A stretch of 62,576 nucleotides of DNA from Gammaproteobacteria bacterium (lineage in GTDB: Bacteria; Pseudomonadota; Gammaproteobacteria; SZUA-152): positions 1-62,576 of the forward strand of contig DRKN01000022.1 of assembly GCA_011051755.1 (NCBI GenBank), in the 5' to 3' direction. The notes beneath the pieces are model-generated. The model did no database searches, had not been told where the DNA came from, and saw only the letters and a list, made by a program, of their open reading frames with translations. The translations under genes and the position numbers were made by a program. This document shows, piece by piece, positions 18,248 to 28,887 of this stretch; the first letter of the stretch is position 1; each line of letters starts with the position of its first letter.

Positions 18248-19681
18248 TTAACCGTTGAGCTTGGCCTTGAGCAGTTCGTTGACCTGTTGCGGATTGGCCT
18301 TGCCCTGGGTAGCCTTCATCACCTGACCGACAAAGAAACCAAACAACTTGTCCTTACCTCCACGGTACTGTTCCACCTGACCGGGATTGGCGGCAATGAT
18401 CTCGTCGATGATGGACTCAATGGCGCCGGTATCGGTGATCTGCTTCAGACCCTTGGCCTCGATTACCGTATCGGCATCACCCTCGCCGGCCCACATGGCC
18501 TCGAACACCTCCTTGGCGATCTTGCCGGAGATGGTGTTGTCGCTGATGCGCAGGATCATGCCACCGAGCATCTGCGCGCTGACGGGACTGTCGGCAATAT
18601 CCTGACCGCCTTTATTCAGCGCACCCGTCAGCTCCCCCATCACCCAGTTGGCCGACAGCTTGGCGGCACCGCCAGTGGCCACCACCGCCTCGAAGTATTC
18701 GGCAATCTCGCGTGAAGCGGTAAGAACACCGGCATCATAAGCACCGAGTTCGAACTCATCGACAAAACGCTGACGCTTCTCGTCCGGCAACTCCGGCAGA
18801 CCAGTTTTTAGTGTGTCCAAAAATTCCGGCTCAATGACCACTGGCAACAGATCCGGGTCGGGAAAATAACGATAATCGTTGGCTTCTTCCTTACTGCGCA
18901 TGGCGCGGGTACTGTCCTTGTCGGCGTCATAAAGGCGTGTTTCCTGGACGATTTTTCCACCGCCTTCAAGTACGTCGATCTGTCGCTCTATCTCGAAGTT
19001 GATGGCCCTTTCCACGAAGCGAAAGGAATTGATGTTTTTCAATTCCGTGCGCGTACCCAATTCTTTCTGGCCCACGGGACGCACCGAGACATTGGCATCG
19101 CAACGAAAACTGCCTTCCTGCATATTGCCATCACAGATTTCCAGATAACGCACCAACGAATGGATTTTACGCATGTAGGCCACCGCCTCTTTGGCACAAC
19201 GCATGTCCGGTTCGGAGACAATCTCCAGCAGCGGCGTGCCAGCACGATTGAGGTCGATGCCGGTCATGCCGTGAACATCCTCGTGCAGGGATTTTCCGGC
19301 ATCCTCTTCCAGATGTGCCCGAGTCACATCGATGCGCTTGCTGCCGCCATCGTCCAGGTCGATATCGATATACCCACCCTCGACGATGGGTAGCTCGAAT
19401 TGGCTGATCTGATAGCCCTTGGGCAGGTCGGGATAAAAATAATTTTTGCGCGCGAATACCGAACGCGACGCTACCCGTGCACCGATGGCCAGACCAAACT
19501 TGGCGGCCATGCACACGGCCTCTTTATTCAATACCGGCAGTACACCCGGCAAACCCAGATCCACGGCACAGGCCTGGGTATTGGGCGCCGCACCGTAGGC
19601 GGTGGAGGCGCCGGAAAATATCTTGCTTTTGGTCGCAAGCTGGGCATGGATCTCCAGCCCGATGACAACTTCCCATTGCAT
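18248..19681 (-). CDS. gatB: Asp/Glu-tRNA(Asn/Gln) amidotransferase subunit B
   Basis: [24 protein letters not shown]..., 477 aa, full-length GatB layout. Confidence 0.95.
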   Translation of the reverse strand: MQWEVVIGLEIHAQLATKSKIFSGASTAYGAAPNTQACAVDLGLPGVLPVLNKEAVCMAAKFGLAIGARVASRSVFARKNYFYPDLPKGYQISQFELPIVEGGYIDIDLDDGGSKRIDVTRAHLEEDAGKSLHEDVHGMTGIDLNRAGTPLLEIVSEPDMRCAKEAVAYMRKIHSLVRYLEICDGNMQEGSFRCDANVSVRPVGQKELGTRTELKNINSFRFVERAINFEIERQIDVLEGGGKIVQETRLYDADKDSTRAMRSKEEANDYRYFPDPDLLPVVIEPEFLDTLKTGLPELPDEKRQRFVDEFELGAYDAGVLTASREIAEYFEAVVATGGAAKLSANWVMGELTGALNKGGQDIADSPVSAQMLGGMILRISDNTISGKIAKEVFEAMWAGEGDADTVIEAKGLKQITDTGAIESIIDEIIAANPGQVEQYRGGKDKLFGFFVGQVMKATQGKANPQQVNELLKAKLNG

Positions 19682-19702
19682 GTGAATACCCTTCGGATAT
19701 TG

Positions 19703-19820
19703 GTGTTTAGTGTTTAGTGTTTAGTGTTTAGTGTTTAGTGTTTAGTGTTTAGTGTTTAGTGTTTAGTGTTTAGTGTTTAGTGTTTAGTGTTTAGTGTTTA
19801 GTGTTTAGTGTTTAGTGTTT
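19703..19820 (+). repeat. Tandem 9-bp repeat (GTGTTTAGT), about 13 copies
   Basis: A perfect 9-nt period over 118 nt in the gatA-gatB spacer. It is followed at 19831-19855 by a partial inverted complement (ATTAAACACTAAGCACTCAACACT). Confidence 0.95.
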
Positions 19821-19852
19821 TCCATTCAACATTAAACACTAAGCACTCAACA

Positions 19853-19889
19853 CTACGCGTAAGCGTCAAGGCTACGCGTAAGCGTCAGG
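19853..19889. repeat. Tandem duplication of the gatA 3' end
   Basis: CTACGCGTAAGCGTCAAGG (19853-19871) is followed by CTACGCGTAAGCGTCAGG (19872-19889). The second copy encodes the last five codons plus the stop of gatA on the minus strand. Confidence 0.85.
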
Positions 19890-21341
19890 CAACCGCATGT
19901 GCCAGTCGGTCGCCTGCTGATATTTATGTGCCACATTGAGCAAACGCACCTCGTCGAAATAGTTGCCAATGAGCTGCAAACCCACCGGCATCTCATTCAC
20001 AAAACCAGCGGGAATGGACATGCCCGGCAGGCCCGCCAGGTTGGCGGCGATGGTATAGATGTCCGACAGATACATACTGACCGGATCGTCACTCTTGGCA
20101 CCAAGACCGAAGGCCACATCAGGGGCAGTGGGCCCCATGACCACATCCACATTTTTGAAGGCCTGCTTGAAATCGTCACTGATGAGATGGCGCATCTTCT
20201 GAGCCTGCAGATAATAGGCATCGTAATAACCGGCGGACAGAGCATAGGTACCAATCATGATGCGGCGCTTGACCTCGGCACCGAAGCCTTCGCCGCGCGA
20301 ACGTTTGTACAGATCATCCAGATCCTTCGGTGCTTCGCAGCGATAGCCGAAACGCACGCCATCAAAGCGCGATAGATTGGAAGAACACTCCGCCGGCGCG
20401 ACCACATAATAAGTAGGAACCGACAATTTTGAGTTAGGCAGACTGATTTCGATCACCTCGGCACCTAACTGTTTGTATTGCTCGATGGCAATCTCAATGA
20501 CTTTTGCCACCTCGGCATTCAGGCCCGCGCCAAAATACTCCCGGGGCAGACCGATGCGCAGGCCGTCCAACGGCCGTGCAAGACCGGCGCTGTAATCCGG
20601 CACCTCGCGCTCCGCGCTGGTGGAATCGCGCGCATCGAAACCGGCCATGACATTCAGCACCAACGCGGCGTCTTCGGCATTGCCCGTCATGGGGCCACCC
20701 TGATCGAGACTGGAGGCAAAGGCGATCATGCCGAAACGCGATACCCGGCCGTAGGTGGGTTTAAGACCGGTGATGCCACACAGTGCCGCCGGCTGGCGGA
20801 TCGAACCGCCGGTATCGGTGCCGGTGGCGAAGGGCGCCAGGCGCGCGGCCACTACCGCCGCGGAACCGCCAGAAGAACCACCGGGCACGGTATCCGTGTT
20901 CCACGGGTTTTTCACCGGCCCGTAGAAAGAGGTTTCGTTGCTTGATCCCATGGCAAATTCATCCATGTTGGTCTTACCCAGCATGGGCATGCCGGCATCT
21001 TTCAGCTTATGCACCACGGTGGCGTCATAGGGCGCAATAAAATTGTCCAGCATCTTCGAGCCGCAAGACGTCTTTACGCCATCGGTGCAAAAGATATCCT
21101 TGTGCACCATGGGAATACCCGTGAGTGGGCCGGCCTCACCACGCGCACGACGTTGGTCGGCCTCACGCGCCTGCGCCAGGGCCTCAGCGGCGGTGACGGT
21201 GATAAAACAGTTCAGCGCGGCGCCATGTTCTTCAATGCGCTGAAGAAAATGGCGGGTCAGCTGTTCGCTGGTGTATTCACCGGCGGCCAGGCCCCGGGAC
21301 AGTTCGGCAATGGTTTTATGATGATACATGGGCGGTGACAT
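19872..21341 (-). CDS. gatA: Glutamyl-tRNA(Gln) amidotransferase subunit A
   Basis: Amidase signature [13 protein letters not shown], 489 aa. The start could also be the ATG at 21329. Confidence 0.95.
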   Translation of the reverse strand: MSPPMYHHKTIAELSRGLAAGEYTSEQLTRHFLQRIEEHGAALNCFITVTAAEALAQAREADQRRARGEAGPLTGIPMVHKDIFCTDGVKTSCGSKMLDNFIAPYDATVVHKLKDAGMPMLGKTNMDEFAMGSSNETSFYGPVKNPWNTDTVPGGSSGGSAAVVAARLAPFATGTDTGGSIRQPAALCGITGLKPTYGRVSRFGMIAFASSLDQGGPMTGNAEDAALVLNVMAGFDARDSTSAEREVPDYSAGLARPLDGLRIGLPREYFGAGLNAEVAKVIEIAIEQYKQLGAEVIEISLPNSKLSVPTYYVVAPAECSSNLSRFDGVRFGYRCEAPKDLDDLYKRSRGEGFGAEVKRRIMIGTYALSAGYYDAYYLQAQKMRHLISDDFKQAFKNVDVVMGPTAPDVAFGLGAKSDDPVSMYLSDIYTIAANLAGLPGMSIPAGFVNEMPVGLQLIGNYFDEVRLLNVAHKYQQATDWHMRLPDAYA

Positions 21342-21432
21342 TATCGAATGGGTGTTGATGGGGGCAGATAAAAAATCAAAAAAATGAACAAAAAATGGAC
21401 TCTGCCGACGGCATGCACGTTACCGATCAGTG

Positions 21433-21720
21433 TTACTCGATGACCTGGGGTACCAGATACAGACCGTTTTCCACCTGCGGCGCAATCTGCTGGAAGTGCT
21501 CACGCTGGTTTTCCTCGCTGACCGCATCGTCGCGCAGGCGCTGTGGCATATCCAGCGGGTGGGCCATGGGCGTCACCGCCCCGGTATCGACGGCATCCAT
21601 TTCTTCGATCAGCCTGAAAATGGACGACAGGTTACGCGCATAATCCGGGATATCCGCCTCGTCGATGGCCAGGCGGGCAAGGTGGGCGATCTTTTCTACG
21701 TCTTCCTTTTGCAGCGACAT
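21433..21720 (-). CDS. gatC: Asp/Glu-tRNA amidotransferase subunit C
   Basis: MSLQKEDVEKIAHLARLAI... is the typical GatC N-terminus, 95 aa from the ATG at 21720. It sits in gatCAB order. Confidence 0.9.
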   Translation of the reverse strand: MSLQKEDVEKIAHLARLAIDEADIPDYARNLSSIFRLIEEMDAVDTGAVTPMAHPLDMPQRLRDDAVSEENQREHFQQIAPQVENGLYLVPQVIE

Positions 21721-21848
21721 AAGCGGAATCTCTCGGCGGATCAATAGGGCGGATAAAATGGAGCGCAGAGTTTACCCCAGAACCGCTGCCCACCCAAAGC
21801 CTGTACAAGGGCGCGCCTTGCCGAAACCCCTCGGCATTGCTACAGTAG

Positions 21849-22964
<1,116 letters not shown>

Positions 22965-22994
22965 CGCCGAGTCCCGGCCCGGGAGAGCAGTCAC

Positions 22995-23879
22995 ATAAAA
23001 CCGTTATTTATCCAGGGTCCCTCCATCACCACCCGGCTGGTGATACTGGCCTTCGTCTCCGCGGCGCTGATGGCGGTGGATCACCGGCAGAATTATCTCG
23101 AGGATCTGCGCGGCGGCATCTCCGTCCTGGTCTATCCCCTGCAGTATCTGGTCAACCTGCCGGTGTCGGCCTCCAGCTGGATCGATGAAAACCTGTCCTC
23201 ACGCGAGACCCTGCTGGAAGAAAACAGCCGCCTGAAGATGCAACACACCCTGTTCAAGGCCAAGCTACTGAAACTCAACGCCATCAAGGCCGAAAACCTG
23301 CGCCTGCGCGAACTACTGCAATCCTCGAAAAAGGTCGGCGAGCAGGTGCTCATCGGTGAATTGTTGGCCGTGGATCTGGAGCCCTTCACGCGCCAGGTCG
23401 TGATCAACAAGGGCAGCCGCGACGGCGTCTACCTGGGCCAGCCGCTGATCGAGGCCGACGGCGTAATGGGACAAATCGTGCATCTCGGCCCGTTATCCTC
23501 CACCGCCATGCTGATCACCGACGCCAACCACGCCACCCCGGTGCAGGTCAATCGCAACGGCCTGCGCGCCATCGCCGTGGGCACCGGTGCGCCGGATCGG
23601 CTCACCATCCCCTATCTGCCCATCAGCACCGACATCGTTGAGGGCGATCTGCTGGTCAGTTCCGGCCTCGGCGGACGCTTCCCGCCGGACTACCCGGTGG
23701 CGGTGGTCAGCAAGGTCGAAAAAAACCCGACCCAGCCCTATGCGGTGATCCATGTCGTTCCCACCGCCAAGCTGGAGCGCTCACGCGAAGTACTGCTGGT
23801 ATGGCCCACGGGGCGCCAGCGGCAAAGCGACGATGCCAATGAAACCCCGGCGCCGACACAGGACGCCACGGCGCCATGA
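22995..23879 (+). CDS. mreC: Rod-shape-determining protein MreC (start codon uncertain)
   Basis: Coiled-coil region plus beta-rich C-terminus. The track ORF begins at GTG 23040, but the 15 in-frame codons upstream (IKPLFIQGPSITTRL) match the conserved MreC N-terminus (E. coli MKPIFSRGPSLQIRL). That implies initiation at ATA 22995 or a base-call error. Confidence 0.85.
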   Translation: MKPLFIQGPSITTRLVILAFVSAALMAVDHRQNYLEDLRGGISVLVYPLQYLVNLPVSASSWIDENLSSRETLLEENSRLKMQHTLFKAKLLKLNAIKAENLRLRELLQSSKKVGEQVLIGELLAVDLEPFTRQVVINKGSRDGVYLGQPLIEADGVMGQIVHLGPLSSTAMLITDANHATPVQVNRNGLRAIAVGTGAPDRLTIPYLPISTDIVEGDLLVSSGLGGRFPPDYPVAVVSKVEKNPTQPYAVIHVVPTAKLERSREVLLVWPTGRQRQSDDANETPAPTQDATAP

Positions 23880-24364
23880 GCATTGGCCAACACCGTGGCG
23901 GCGGCATCATCGTCCTCAGTTTCATCGCCGCCCTAGCCCTGCACATGTTGGCCCTGCCGGACTGGGCCGAGCCCCTGCGCCCGGACTGGCTGGTGCTGGT
24001 ATTGGTGTACTGGTGTATCGCCATCCCCGAGCGCGTGGGCGTGGTCATCGGCTGGGTGGCCGGCCTGCTGCTGGACGTGGCCAGTGGCGCACTGCTGGGC
24101 CAAAACGCCCTGATCCTGGCCATCGTCGCCTATCTCGCCCTGCGCCTGCACCAACGCATCCGCGTGTTCCCTCTCTGGCAGCAGTCGGTCAGCGTGATGT
24201 TGCTGGTCGCCCTACACCTGATGCTGGTACTCTGGATCAAGGGCATCCTCGGTCAGTCCATCGAGACCTGGGCCTACTGGCTGTCGGCCCTGAGCAGTCT
24301 GCTGGCCTGGCCACTGGTGTATCTCACCCTGCGCCATCTGCGACGCGAATATCGGGTTCGTTGA
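23876..24364 (+). CDS. mreD: Rod-shape-determining protein MreD
   Basis: 162 aa, polytopic membrane protein. It overlaps the mreC stop by 4 nt and follows the mreBCD order. Confidence 0.85.
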   Translation: MSIGQHRGGGIIVLSFIAALALHMLALPDWAEPLRPDWLVLVLVYWCIAIPERVGVVIGWVAGLLLDVASGALLGQNALILAIVAYLALRLHQRIRVFPLWQQSVSVMLLVALHLMLVLWIKGILGQSIETWAYWLSALSSLLAWPLVYLTLRHLRREYRVR

Positions 24365-24449
24365 ACGGTCGAACATCATCATGAGCCTCCGCATCAATAC
24401 CGCACAGCCGTCGTCACTCAGCCTTCACCGCGCGTGACGCGAACGAGCC

Positions 24450-26330
24450 ATGGCCAAACCCACCACCCTCAAGGATCACTTCCGCGAAACCCGGCTGTTC
24501 ACCCACCGAACCATCACCGCGCTGGCCTTCACCGTTGTACTGATGCTGATGCTGATGATACGGCTGGTCAACCTACAGGTCATCGAGCATGATACCTACG
24601 CTGTGCTGTCGGATAATAACCGCGTACACATTGCCGCCCTGCCGCCCACCCGTGGCCTGATCTTCGACCGCAACGGCGTACTGTTGGCGCAAAACTTGCC
24701 CAGTTACAGCCTGCAAGTCGTCCCCGAGCAGGTGGATGACGTCGATATCACCATCGAACAGCTGCGCCAGCTCGTTAGCATCACCGAGGACGATGAACGA
24801 CGTTTCCGCAAACGCTACCAAAGCAGTCGCCGCTTCAAGCCCATCACCCTGCGCACGCGCCTGTCCGACGAAGAAGTGGCGCGCTTCGCCGTCAACCGCC
24901 ACCGTTTTCCCGGCGTCGACATCGCCGCACGCCTCTACCGCCACTATCCACAAGGCAGCCTCGCGGTGCACGCCCTCGGTTACATCGGTCGCATCAACGA
25001 ACGTGAACTGCAAAACATCGATACCAGCAACTATGAAGGCACCGACTTCATCGGCAAGACCGGCGTGGAGAAATTTTACGAAGACATCCTGCACGGCGAG
25101 GTGGGTGTGCAGCAGGTGGAGACCAACGCCCAGGGTCGCACTCTGCGCGTGCTGGAACAGACCCCGCCGGAGCCCGGTCTCAATCTGCACCTGACCCTCG
25201 ACGCCGACATGCAGCGCATCGCCGAGCAGGCCCTGGGCGAGGAACGCGGCGCAGTGGTGGCCATCGACCCGCGTGACGGCAGTGTGCTGGTACTGGCCAG
25301 CATGCCCGGTTTCGACCCCAACCTGTTCGTCGGCGGCATCGACAGCAAGACCTACCACGCCCTGCGCGACTCGCCCGACCAACCGCTGTTCAACCGCGTG
25401 CTGCGCGGCCGTTACCCGCCGGGTTCCACCCTCAAGTCCTTCGTCGGTCTGGCCGGGCTGGAATACGGCGTGGTGGAGCCCGATGCCAGCATCTACTGCC
25501 CCGGCTGGTACCAGCTGGACGGCGACGACCACAAATACCGTGACTGGAAAAAGAGCGGCCACGGCCCGGTGGATCTGAACCGTTCGCTGGTGGAGTCCTG
25601 CGATGTATATTACTACGATCTGGCGCTGACCCTCGGCATCGACCGTATCTCCCGTTTCCTCGAACCTTTCGGCCTCAATGATCTCACCGGCATCGACACC
25701 AGCGGTGAACTGGCCGGACTGGTGCCCTCACGGGAGTGGAAACGCCGCGCCAAGCGCGAGCCCTGGTATCCCGGCGAGACCCTGATCACCGGCATCGGTC
25801 AGGGCTTCAACCTGGTCACGCCACTGGCCCTGGCCTCCGCCACCGCCACCCTCTCCACCTACGGCCAACACCTGCGGCCGCGCATCGTCGCCGCCACGGA
25901 AGACCCGGACACGGGCGATGTGGTGGATTTTCCGGTGGTTTCCAACATCGCCGTGCCGGTGGAAGACCACGCCAACTGGCACTACATCATCAAGGCCATG
26001 ACCGACGTCGTACACAGTCGGCACGGCACCGCGCGGCGTATCGGCCACAATGCCCCTTACGAGATTGCCGGCAAGACCGGCACCGCGCAGGTATTCGGCA
26101 TCAAGCAGGACGAGGAATACGTGGAAGAGGATATCCAGAAACGCCTGCGCGACCATGCCCTGTTTATCGCCTTTGCACCGGCACATGAGCCAAAAATCGC
26201 CGTCGCCGTGATCGTCGAAAACGGTGGCAGCGGTGGCGCCGTCGCCGCGCCCATCGCGCGCAAGGTGATGGATGTCTGGCTGCTGGACAAAGGGCATCTC
26301 CACCCTAAACATGCCGGAAAGACGCCATGA
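24450..26330 (+). CDS. mrdA: Penicillin-binding protein 2 (elongasome transpeptidase)
   Basis: 626 aa with an N-terminal TM segment, a PBP dimerisation domain, and SxxK in YPPGSTLKSF. It is followed by rodA. Confidence 0.93.
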   Translation: MAKPTTLKDHFRETRLFTHRTITALAFTVVLMLMLMIRLVNLQVIEHDTYAVLSDNNRVHIAALPPTRGLIFDRNGVLLAQNLPSYSLQVVPEQVDDVDITIEQLRQLVSITEDDERRFRKRYQSSRRFKPITLRTRLSDEEVARFAVNRHRFPGVDIAARLYRHYPQGSLAVHALGYIGRINERELQNIDTSNYEGTDFIGKTGVEKFYEDILHGEVGVQQVETNAQGRTLRVLEQTPPEPGLNLHLTLDADMQRIAEQALGEERGAVVAIDPRDGSVLVLASMPGFDPNLFVGGIDSKTYHALRDSPDQPLFNRVLRGRYPPGSTLKSFVGLAGLEYGVVEPDASIYCPGWYQLDGDDHKYRDWKKSGHGPVDLNRSLVESCDVYYYDLALTLGIDRISRFLEPFGLNDLTGIDTSGELAGLVPSREWKRRAKREPWYPGETLITGIGQGFNLVTPLALASATATLSTYGQHLRPRIVAATEDPDTGDVVDFPVVSNIAVPVEDHANWHYIIKAMTDVVHSRHGTARRIGHNAPYEIAGKTGTAQVFGIKQDEEYVEEDIQKRLRDHALFIAFAPAHEPKIAVAVIVENGGSGGAVAAPIARKVMDVWLLDKGHLHPKHAGKTP

Positions 26331-27457
26331 GCCTGCTCGACACCCCTGTCCACGACCTTGGCCAGCGCCGCCGCAGTCTGTCTCAAAGCCTGCATATAGA
26401 CCCCTCGCTGCTGCTCGGTCTGCTGCTGCTGTCAGGCATCAGTCTGTTCGTACTGTACAGCGCCAGCGGGCAGGACATCGACCTGGTGTGGCGGCAGGTG
26501 GTGCGCCTGGGGGTAGGCTTCACGGTAATGTTCGCCATCGCCCAGCTCAACCCGGCGCCACTGAAACGCTGGGCGCCGTGGATCTTCGCCATCGGTCTCG
26601 GCCTGCTGGTGGCGGTACTGGTGGCCGGCGAGATCGGCAAGGGCGCGCAGCGCTGGCTGGATCTGGGCGTGTTCCGTTTTCAGCCCTCGGAGGTAATGAA
26701 GCTGGCCATGCCCATGATGGTGGCCTGGTATCTCAGCGACCACCCGCTGCCACCGACGGCAAAACGCCTCGCCGTGGCCTGCCTGATCATCATCGTGCCG
26801 ACCCTGCTGATCGAAAGGCAGCCCGACCTCGGCACCGCCCTGCTGGTGGCCAGCACCGGCATCTTCGTGCTGCTGTTCGCCGGTATCTCGTGGCGACTGA
26901 TGGCCGCCTTCGCCGCTCTCGGTGCCGCTGGCGCGGTGCTGAAGTATTTCTATTTCATGCACGACTATCAACGCCAACGTGTACTCACCTTCCTCAATCC
27001 GGAACAGGATCCGCTGGGTGCCGGCTACCACATCATCCAGTCGAAAATCGCCATCGGCTCCGGCGGCCTCTATGGCAAGGGCTGGCTCAACGGCACCCAA
27101 TCGCAGCTCAACTTCCTGCCCGAGCACTCCACCGACTTCATCTTCGCCGCCTACGCCGAGGAATTCGGCCTGTTCGGCATCCTCATACTACTGGCTATCT
27201 ACCTGTTCATCATCATGCGCGGCCTGCTGATCGCCGTGCAGGCACAGGACACCTTCACCCGCCTGCTGGCCGGCAGCCTGGTAATGACTTTTTTCATCTA
27301 TATCTTCGTCAATATCGGCATGGTCAGCGGACTGCTACCGGTGGTCGGCCTACCCCTGCCGCTGATAAGCTACGGTGGCACCTCGATGGTGACCCTGATG
27401 GCAGCTTTCGGTATCCTCATGTCCATTCACACCCATCGCAAACTGTTGCCGAGATAG
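26327..27457 (+). CDS. rodA: SEDS peptidoglycan polymerase RodA
   Basis: 376 aa, a 10-TM FtsW/RodA family protein (GAQRWLDLGVFRFQPSE, LPLISYGGTS). It overlaps mrdA by 4 nt. Confidence 0.93.
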   Translation: MSLLDTPVHDLGQRRRSLSQSLHIDPSLLLGLLLLSGISLFVLYSASGQDIDLVWRQVVRLGVGFTVMFAIAQLNPAPLKRWAPWIFAIGLGLLVAVLVAGEIGKGAQRWLDLGVFRFQPSEVMKLAMPMMVAWYLSDHPLPPTAKRLAVACLIIIVPTLLIERQPDLGTALLVASTGIFVLLFAGISWRLMAAFAALGAAGAVLKYFYFMHDYQRQRVLTFLNPEQDPLGAGYHIIQSKIAIGSGGLYGKGWLNGTQSQLNFLPEHSTDFIFAAYAEEFGLFGILILLAIYLFIIMRGLLIAVQAQDTFTRLLAGSLVMTFFIYIFVNIGMVSGLLPVVGLPLPLISYGGTSMVTLMAAFGILMSIHTHRKLLPR

Positions 27458-27499
27458 GGAAAACTATCCGGCTTATCCACCAGTCACGGAAATACACAT

Positions 27500-27519
27500 C
27501 CCCGCCGCAAGCGGCGGGG
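27500..27519. terminator. GC hairpin between convergent rodA and the lipoprotein operon
   Basis: CCCCGCCG-CAAG-CGGCGGGG, an 8-bp stem with a tetraloop. There is no clean T-run on the plus strand and a modest T-rich tail on the minus strand. Confidence 0.35.
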
Positions 27520-27723
27520 AATAAAACCCGAAGAGATTTAAACCTGAATCCGAGGGTTCAGGTTAAAGTAACGGAGTAGGACTGGTTTTTCTACAGGCTC
27601 GTTAGAGCCATGAGCCAGAGACGGCTAAATGCGCCCAACCACCAATTTGACAGGAGAGTAAACCCAATATTTATCGTATTTCTTAAATTTTCGGTACTCC
27701 GTGCCTCTGTGGCGAACCAATAC

Positions 27724-28887
27724 TCACTGCGCAAAACCCAGAATCACCGTTCTCAGTTCATCCTCCAGCGTGCGATCGATGAGCTGCATCAGGCGCGCCT
27801 GCAACAGCGCCTTTTCCTGCGCCGACACCTTCAGCGGCCAGCTGGCCGCGCCGCGCACGTTGTCACCACGATCCACCAACGTCAACACCAGATTGCCGCG
27901 CAACCAGTACCAGCCCTCACGCCGCTCCACCGGGCCGGCAGAAAAACGGGCCTGCAACGTATAGAGCGCTTCTTCCTCGGAGCCGGTCATGAAGCCGGCC
28001 GCCGTCAGGCCGCCCGCCACCACCGAAGCTAAGCTACCGTCATCGGCCTGCACACGGATCTTCAGACGTGAGTGCAGATCCAACAACTCACTCTGCAAAT
28101 CGGCCAGCTTCCACTTCGGCGACACACCCTGCCCACCCCGGCCCACCACTCGCAGTACACGTTGCAATTCGCTGCGCTGCCGCTGTTTATCAACGGCGCG
28201 CTGGGCAGAGGCAATCTTCTGCAACAGATCGTCCGCCTGTCGGGCGCGTTCGATGGCCACACGGGTCTGGTCATCGAGAAGAGAAATCTCATCGCGCAGG
28301 CGACGTGCGGCCTCAGCCCGGTTGAGGGTCGCCAGCACATGGATATCACCGCCTTGCGGGTTCTGCCAGGTGTCCGCTATCCGGGCGCCACGAATCACCT
28401 GCCGAGTGGAGGTCACGATGTCGCGCCCGGCAGCCTCGCTGAAAGTCTCTTCAACCACCTCGCCACTCTGTGTCCGGCGCTGGGCACTGACCGTATCCCG
28501 GCTTTCCGCCACCACCTGCACTTCGATGTTCTTGGCCAGATCCGCACGGGCACGATCCGCAGCCACATCGCGCTGCGCCGCCTGACCACGGCCGGTCAGG
28601 TACTGCGAGCCTGGAAACTGACTGCTCTTGCCACTGACCCAGTCCGGCTGCGAGCCGGGCCCCTGATCCGTGGATGCGCAGGCCGCCAGCAAACCCAGCA
28701 GCATCAGCAACACCAGGAGACGCCAATGTCTTCGCGGCCGAATATCTTGACCGCCGGATCCGCCTCCCCGGCGTTGCAAATCTTCATCATAGCCAGCGAT
28801 GGCGTACGGTTTGCGCCTTGACGAAACAAATCCACCAGTCAACCTGAAACGCTCAGAATGAACAGAGCTTTCCAACAATCTCATCAT
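27724..28887 (-). CDS. LPP20-family lipoprotein with a C-terminal extension of about 200 aa (start uncertain)
   Basis: Lipobox LLAACAST followed by QPDWVSGKS...YLTGRGQA...ADRARADLAKNIEVQV, the LPP20 signature. The only ATGs (28887/28884, overlapping the upstream stop as ATGATGA) lie about 70 codons before the lipobox. Confidence 0.65.
   Translation of the reverse strand: MMRLLESSVHSERFRLTGGFVSSRRKPYAIAGYDEDLQRRGGGSGGQDIRPRRHWRLLVLLMLLGLLAACASTDQGPGSQPDWVSGKSSQFPGSQYLTGRGQAAQRDVAADRARADLAKNIEVQVVAESRDTVSAQRRTQSGEVVEETFSEAAGRDIVTSTRQVIRGARIADTWQNPQGGDIHVLATLNRAEAARRLRDEISLLDDQTRVAIERARQADDLLQKIASAQRAVDKQRQRSELQRVLRVVGRGGQGVSPKWKLADLQSELLDLHSRLKIRVQADDGSLASVVAGGLTAAGFMTGSEEEALYTLQARFSAGPVERREGWYWLRGNLVLTLVDRGDNVRGAASWPLKVSAQEKALLQARLMQLIDRTLEDELRTVILGFAQ

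Noticed and set aside
17573-18715. Track ORFs 17573-17884 (+), 17892-18152 (-) and the 5' part of 17975-18715 (+), which cross the repeat patchwork
   Set aside because: Their translations are only periodic read-outs of the DNA repeats (LRGQRLRGRSRLRG, EKGVGY..., RPLSRPFS...). The third ORF then continues antisense to gatB. None shows a start context or protein-like composition.
27537-27567. The TTTAAACCTGAA-TCCGAGGG-TTCAGGTTAAA hairpin and surrounding 260-nt spacer after rodA, considered as a possible small RNA
   Set aside because: There is only one short hairpin, with no promoter-like elements, no T-run and no conserved-looking structure. The adjacent CCGTGCCTCTGTGGCGA motif shows that the spacer is partly repeat-derived.
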